Shown: positions 52,715 through 59,269 of the stretch, piece after piece
Position numbering within the stretch: position 1 is the first letter of the stretch
Layout of the letters: the number at the start of each line of letters is the position of its first letter
Made by a program: the position numbers and the translations under genes
NCBI GenBank assembly: GCA_002104905.1
Contig: MCFE01000253.1
Span: 49,596-113,595 of the forward strand
From: Basidiobolus meristosporus CBS 931.73
Lineage: Eukaryota; Fungi; Basidiobolomycota
Length of the DNA: 64,000 bases
Reading direction: 5' to 3'
The notes under the pieces: generated by a model
Database searches by the model: none
The model's input: only the letters and a program-made list of their open reading frames with translations
What the model was told of the DNA's origin: nothing

Positions 52715-54190
52715 CTAAATGCTCATACTGACTAGTCCTAATTTTGACCTAAGATATTCAAACTTGTCTCTAGCTAATGGTTTGGCAAATATGTGTGCAA
52801 TCATTTCACCTGAAGGACTGTAAACTAAGCTAGCTAAGTTATTCTCTGTAGCTTCACATATGAAATGATATCTAATATCTATGTGCTTGGCTCCAGTATG
52901 AAAAGTTGGATTTCTACCTAATTGTATGCATCCTTGATTATCTTGAAATAGAGTAATAGGCATTTTTCAACATAGGCCTAAATCTGTAAAAAGCTTTCTT
53001 AACCACATTGCTTCTTTTGTAACTTCACAGGCTGCCATGTACTCTGCCTCTGTGGTAGAAAGTGCTACAGTTGGTTGCTTTTTTGAATTCTATGAAATTG
53101 CTCCTTTGCAGTAAACAAAGGTGTATCCTGTGGTTGATCTTCTGTCTTCCAAGTTATGTCCCCAATCTGCATCAGAGTATCCCATTAGATTCTGGTCTGA
53201 ATCCTTATAAGTGTATCTCAAGTAGATATCAGCAGTTCCTTTTAGGTATCTAAAAATCCGCTTAACTGCTGCAATATGATCCAATCCATAGTTCTGCGTA
53301 TGTTGGCTGACAACTCCCACTGAATATGAGATATCTGGACATGTTCCAAGCATGATATACATCAGACTGCCAGCCATAGATTGACAAGGAAAGTCAGGGC
53401 TTTCAGATGGCACCAAGCTCTCTTGATTTGGTTGAGTTTTGACCAAGTTAAGGTCTGTCTCCATTGGGGTAGCTGCCAGCTTACAGTCTTCCATTTGGTA
53501 CTTCTTTAGTATATCTTGAATATACTTGGATTGGCTTAGGGTAATAGTCTGAGTACTTCTGTCTATGGAAAACTTAATCCCTAAGTAGTAACTAAGTTCT
53601 CCTAGATTGGACATCTTGAACTCCTTAGATAGGCTGGATTTAGTTTCTTCCAATGTTTCTAGTTTATTAGTGGCTATAATAAGAACATCCATATTTAGAG
53701 CTGATAGAACTGGACTTGCTCTATCTGGCTTATAGTATATACTATAGTCAGCATTACTCCTTTTGAAACTCACAGATTCCAAATAAGAATCTATCTTGCA
53801 ATTCCAGGCTCTTGGTGATTGTTTGAGACCATTTAGTGACTTTATAAGCTTGCAGACCAAATGGGGGCTATCTTGATCAACAAAACCATCAGGCTGGCTC
53901 ATATACACATTTGTATCAAGTTCTCCATTCAAAAATGCAGTTTTTACATCTATTTGATAAATAAAAAACTTATATTTGGCTAAAATAGCCAATATTAATC
54001 AGATGGAATTAAACTTGGCTACTGGTGCAAAGGTCTCAGTATAGTCAGGTCCTTTTGCTTGAGAGTATCCTTTGGCTACAAGTCTTGCCTTGTATCTTTC
54101 AATTGTACCATCAGCCTTGTAATTTGTTTTGAAGACCCATCTGAATCCAATTGATTTTTGGTTGATTGGTAATTTGACTAAGTCGCAAGT
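52715..54190 (-). mobile_element. Ty1/copia RT-RNase H pseudogene, truncated at the start of RT
   Basis: [63 protein letters not shown]; three stops; YVDD decayed to NMDV. Confidence 0.93.
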
Positions 54191-54194
54191 TTGG

Positions 54195-54234
54195 GTCAGG
54201 GGGAGGGAAAGTCACCAAGGTAGGTGAAATCTTT
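54195..54234 (-). mobile_element. Module C0: ~40-bp tail-only stub
   Basis: GGTCAGGGGGAGGGAAAGTCACC-AAGGTA-GGTGAAATCTTT joined to the broken copia. Confidence 0.8.
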
Positions 54235-55320
54235 AGGGGGGAGACAGTCACCAACAGGTGAAATCTTTATTTCAGTTGAAACAAAGAAGCCAGCACTACT
54301 GTTGTAGCTTTGTTACAAGAGTGTGTAGCTGAGGGGAATTTGTAGGTAAGTTAATAAGAAGTGATGATAGCTCTTCAGTGCTCAAGACACTGTTCAGTGG
54401 GAAGGGGGGTAGCAAGAGAGGTAAGAATGACTTGTGAACAACATTAATGGGGGGAATGTGATAAGGATTGATATTCATCATAAAGGGAGTGTGCTGCTGC
54501 AGATATTGCTGCCAAAGGTCTGTCAAGTACTTCAGGTAGGCCAGCTTGGGTTTTTCTGACTGCAGAATATAATGAGCAAACTTCTTGACTTCAGGATCTC
54601 CAAGTATAGTTCTCCAGCAGAAGCCAGGTGTTGTGTGGTGTGTTCTCTTCCAGGCCTTAATCAGTGGGTTGTTGCAGTGGTGAAGTCTGAGGTATAATCT
54701 TGTTCTAAGGTAGAGAAGTCTGATCTTATAGGGCATAAACCCAAAAGCACCAAGAATAGCATGTCTGTAGGGGCATTCAGGCAAATGAGGCACTAAGGAG
54801 GTAATGCACCATACTGCAAACTTGTCAAGCTTAGTGCAGTCTCTAGAAGTAAGAGAGAGAAGTGGTAAGCCAAATTCCAGGACCGGGAAGACAAACTGCT
54901 TGAGTAGAAGGAGGCAGCTGGGAGCTGAAGTTGTAGGAGGAGTAACAGCCAGAAGCTTGTGGAGTGCCTGTCTTGCCAGGATAATTCTCTTCTTCAGGTG
55001 TGCTCCAGAGTCTAGTCCAGTAGGAAGGAAAGGAAAGCCAAGATATGTAGCAGAAACCTGAGCAGGTAGAGTGGAGTTCTCCAAGTTGATGGGAGAGCCC
55101 AAAGGTACTGTCTTTGCAATGGAAAGCTGGAGATTATTCTTCTGCAGATACTGGTGGATGGTCTGGGAGTCTTGTTGCACATTGGAGGAGGATATTCTGA
55201 TGTCATTAGCAAAGAGAGTAACCAGGCAGTCAGCTGAGAGTCTTGGGAAATCATTCAGGAAGATGGCAAACAGTATAGGACCAAGCACAGAGCCTTGAAC
55301 CACTCCATTAGGAGCTGAGA
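54233..55320 (-). mobile_element. Module A1: 5'-truncated telomeric LINE, family A (RT C-terminal part)
   Basis: ORF 54296-55303: NGVVQGSVLGPILF, FAND (decayed F/YADD), YLGFPF; homologous to ORF2 of D; shared tail; 5' end capped by AGGGTTAGGG. Confidence 0.92.
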
Positions 55321-55324
55321 AGGG

Positions 55325-55850
55325 TTAGGGGGAGGAAAGTCACCAAGTGGTGAAATCTTTATTTACTTATGACAAGTATCTAAAGAAGCCAAGTTAATCT
55401 GAAGTAATTCCTAGAAAGCTAAGTCTGAGAGATATCTTCCTGGTAAGCCAGGTCTGAGAGTTGAGAAGCTGATTGGTACTATATTTTCTAGTTAGCTAGG
55501 TCTGAGAGAGGTTTCCTGGAAAGCCAGGTCTGGGAAGTGAGAATCTGAATATATCTGAGCTAACTTATACTGGTTTGCGGTAGCTGAATTGTGGCCGGAA
55601 TGGCCAGCAGACTGGGGGAACTGAGATGTATTTCTGGGCAATCACTGGCCAAATTTACTAGGCAAATCTGGCCAATTAGCATTTCAAGGATTTCAGCCAA
55701 TCAGAGCCTTTACTTTGCCCGATGGTTGATCAAGCCATCTCCCAATGAGCACACATCAATTTATTAATCAAATTTTGTTGGATCCAGGATTTGAACCCAC
55801 AACCATGGGTATGGAAGGGTTAGGGATAACCACAAGGCTAAGTGTTCTGG
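55325..55850 (-). mobile_element. Module B1: full-length tRNA-derived SINE (~525 bp)
   Basis: A box TAGCCTTGTGG (55830-55840) and B box GGTTCAAATCC (55787-55797), 32 nt apart; non-coding body; LINE-type shared tail. Confidence 0.85.
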
Positions 55851-56379
55851 TCAGGGGGGAGGAAAGTCACCAAGTGGTGAAATCTTTACTTACTTATGAC
55901 AAGTATCTAAAGAAGCCAAGTTAATCTGAAGTAATTCCTAGAAAGCTAGGTCTGAGAGATATCTTCCTGGTAAGCCAGGTCTGAGAGTTGAGAAGCTGGG
56001 TGGTACTATATTTCCTAGTTAGCTAGGTCTGAGAGTGGTTTCCTGGAAAGCCAGGCCTGAGAAGTGAGAATCTGAATATATCTGAGCTAAGTTATACTGG
56101 TTTGCGGTAGCTGAATTGTGGCCGGAATGGCCAGTAGACTGGGGGAACTGAGATGTATTTCTGGGCGATCACTGGCCAAATTTACTAGGCAAATCTGGCC
56201 AAGTAGCATTTCAAGGATTTCAGCCAATCAGAGCCTTTACTTTGCCCGATGGTTGATCAAGCCATCTCCCAATGAGCACACATCAATTTATTAATCAAAT
56301 TTTTGCTGGATCCAGGATTTGAACCCACAACCATGGGTATGGAAGGGTTAGGGATAACCACAAGGCTAAGTGTTCTTGG
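55851..56379 (-). mobile_element. Module B2: second full-length SINE copy, tandem to B1
   Basis: About 14 differences from B1 counted by eye; A box 56358-56368, B box 56315-56325. Confidence 0.85.
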
Positions 56380-56546
56380 TTAGGGGGAGGGAAAGTCACC
56401 AAAGTAGGTGAAATCTTTATTTGATTTCAGACAAGTCTAACTACAAATAAAGAAGCCAGCTGGGAATAGAAGATTCCCAAAGTAAACAAAAAGTTGAATA
56501 TGAATAAATCTAAGCTAAAGTTAAGGCAGTATCCCAGAGTACACTG
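56380..56546 (-). mobile_element. Module C1: 3' end of a non-coding tail-bearing element
   Basis: TTAGGGGG junction, stem-loop tail with AAAGTA loop, ACAAATAAAGAAGCC motif shared with D; no ORF2-like translation. Confidence 0.7.
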
Positions 56547-57243
56547 TGTTGTATCCAAGAGAAAGTGTAATAAAACTCTTGAATGGTTTAACTGAACCAA
56601 AGGGACAATCAAGTGCAGAATCTTAGAATTGTCAGAGAGTGGCGGAAATATTAGCAGAAAGATTCTGATCTAATATTGGTCTTGGATATAGCTGGGTTGG
56701 CTATAAAGGCAATGATATTTGTTTGCTAGGCAGGCTAGGCTTGGTGTTCTTTGGAGTGCTAGATATACTAGGCTTGGATAGAAACTAGAACGGAATTGTT
56801 GGATTCTTATTTTTGCTGAGACAGAATCTTAATTTTGTTGAGACACACACTAAACCAAAAGGTTCAGTACACTTAATTTATACTTTTCTGATCAAGTTGA
56901 ATTAGTAAGCACCAAGGGACTGGATTGATTGAAATCAATTTGGGTGTTCTTTGGTGCACAAGATAAATGAAAATTACATCGTCAATCAACTGATGTCTTG
57001 GCAACTGCACAGTGGTTGGATAGATCTCAGATGACTAATCACCTGGGAAGGCTTGGCAGATAGGTTGATAACGTGATGACCATTTGAAAATAGATCAGGT
57101 GTGATAGCTAAAAATAGATTCTGAGGTGGGATCAAATAAACTGTAACTGGGATTTGTTATGTTTGGGTTAGGGAAAATCAGTTAGGGTGCTAGATTTTCA
57201 AACGGAGTAAAATTGGCAAAGTTTTAAATGTTGATGCACAACA
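56547..57243 (-). repeat. Putative 3' LTR of a Ty3/gypsy chromovirus (~697 bp)
   Basis: Begins TGTTGT directly after the pol stop and purine tract AGAAGGAAG; TGTTGT inverted terminus at 56547. The far boundary is inferred. Confidence 0.6.
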
Positions 57244-58900
57244 TCACTTCCTTCTGGAAGAGGAGTTTTTTGATACCTTCTGGGTTCCTCTGCGGCTGCA
57301 ATACTGATTGATAATGGCAACATCATCAAAGTTGGTGTAAGGTTCCCAGGTGTTGTGTTTGGCATCATAGCCTTTCCACTTGACTAAATAAAGGCAATTT
57401 GGTTCTTCTCCATCATGGTCCAAAATAACTTCAACTTCATAGGATTCTCAAGTTACTGGGTCTTGAGAAATAGGTTTGAGTGAGGAAGGTGGAAAGTTTT
57501 TGGGTAGCAGTGCTCCAGTGTTATCTTGAAGTACATAAGATCCTACAGTAGTGCGTCTGACAACCTTGAATGGTCCTTCATACTTGGGGTCAAGCTTAGA
57601 TTGCCGGATTGGATCTAGTGTCATGACATATGACCCATTTGGGAAGCTGCTGTTCCTGTGTCTTGAGGCATATGTTGAAGTCATCTTTTGCTGAGAGGCC
57701 TTACTTCTGGCACTGATAGCAGGGTAGACAATGTTGGTAAGGTACTCAAGCCGGTTCTTTAGCTTATCTGTATTCAAACTTGCTAACTCTGTATTCTGGT
57801 AGTCTCCAAAGTGGTTGTATCTTCTTCCAAACATCAAGGAAAATGGGGTTGATCCATGTAGAGCGGCAATTTTGGTGTTGATAGCATACTGTACAGTTGG
57901 AATGTACTTGTCCCAATTCTTCTTGATACCTTTGATAGATTTCCTGATGATGTTCACTGAGGTCTGAACATGTCTTTCAGCCAGTCCATTAGCTTTGGGA
58001 TGATATGGAGTGATCAGACGATGATCAATGGCGCTATTCTGGCAAAGGGCTTTGATCACGTGATTCACAAATTCTGTTCCACTATCCGATTGAATGACCT
58101 TAGGGAATCCAAAAAGGCAGAAGAGCTTGAATAGTTCTTGTGCAATAGTGGCCACATACTTGTCTGGGATGGCTTTGAGGAAGACAAAACGTGTGCAGAC
58201 ATCCACAATTACAAAGAGGTAGTGATTACCATCATTGCTAGTGGTGAAAGGTCCAGCTAGATCAATTGCAATATGATCCATAGGAAGGCTTGCATGGATG
58301 GGGCTCAAAGGGTGAAATCCATGGCGGCTGATATTGTAAAGTTGACATTCTCTGCACAACTTGACAAATTCTAAGCAGTCAACTTTGATATTTGGCCAGT
58401 GATATCCATCAGAGTGTAGCTTCTTCATAAGTGTATCAGCTCCAAAGTGACCAAGTAAATGACCCCTCTGTATCAATGTTTTCCTTTGTTCTTCAGGTGG
58501 GATTTTCCAAGTTGCTGAATCCAGTTGAGGAATTATTTTGGAAGTTGTAGAGAGTTTACTGATTACATCAGTAATCACATGTCCCTCCCAAGGTGAAGTT
58601 GGAAAAAGTCTTGACAGGTGGTCAGGAAGGATATTGAGAATTCCTGTGCAATGAATAACTGTATATTCATAATCAAGTAGAGTATCAAGCCAGTTGGTAA
58701 GCATTGGAGTCAGAGTCTTCTGAATGTGGATATAGACAAGGGCTCGGTGGTCAGTGTACAAGGTAAAAGGATTACCCCATAGATACTGATGAAACTTCTT
58801 CAAGGCAAAGACTATGGCAAGTAGCTCCTTCTTGGTAGCAGAGTAGTTTCTCTCAGCAGGTTGTAGGGACCTGGCCTGGAAAGAGATCCAGTGAGGCGGA
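57244..58900 (-). mobile_element. Ty3/gypsy chromovirus pol remnant: RNase H, integrase and chromodomain
   Basis: ISFQARSLQPAERNYSATKKELLAIV; HHCC finger; DHIAIDLAGP, QSDSGTEF, NGLAER. After a TGA at 57448: ESYEVEVILDH...YLVKWKGY...NTWEP. Confidence 0.93.
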
Positions 58901-59018
58901 TTAGGGGGGAGACAGTCACCAACAGGTGAAATCTTTATTTCAGTTGAAACAAAGAAGCCGGCGCTACTGTTGTAGCTTTGATACAAGAGTGTGTAGCTGA
59001 GGGGAATTTGTAGGTAAG
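58901..59018 (-). mobile_element. Module A2: ~118-bp 3' stub of LINE family A
   Basis: Near-identical to the 3' end of A1 (54233-54348). Confidence 0.92.
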
Positions 59019-59044
59019 GGTTAGGGTTAGGGTTAGGGTTAGGG
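59019..59044 (+). repeat. Interstitial telomere tract GG(TTAGGG)4
   Basis: Read directly; caps the truncated A2. Confidence 0.98.
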
Positions 59045-59179
59045 GGAGGAAAGTCACCAAGTGGTGAAGTCTTTATTTACTTATGACAAGTATCTAAAGA
59101 AGCCAAGTTAATCTGAAGTAATTCCTAGAAAGCTAGGTCTGAGAGATATCTTCCTGGTAAGCCAGGTCTGAGAGTTGAG
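59045..59179 (-). mobile_element. Module B3: 5'-truncated SINE (~135 bp)
   Basis: Matches the 3' part of B1/B2; capped by GGTTAGGG. Confidence 0.92.
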
Positions 59180-59269
59180 GGTTAGGGGAGGGAAAGTCAC
59201 CAAGTTGGTGAAATCTTTATTTGAGTTAAGAACTAATCTAGGTACAAATAAAGAAGCCAATTAAGAGGT

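Noticed and set aside
55775-55847. Functional tRNA gene
   Set aside because: The A/B boxes are present but the acceptor, D and anticodon stems do not pair; it is better explained as a SINE head.
55325-56379. Repeated GTCACC..GGTGAAATCTTT units as a CRISPR array
   Set aside because: The spacing is irregular (40 bp to several kb), the intervening sequences are retroelement bodies, the context is eukaryotic, and there are no cas genes.
57448-58986. 512-aa ORF as a novel fusion protein
   Set aside because: Its first ~30 codons are a chance open frame through stub A2 and the junction; the rest is a truncated gypsy pol.
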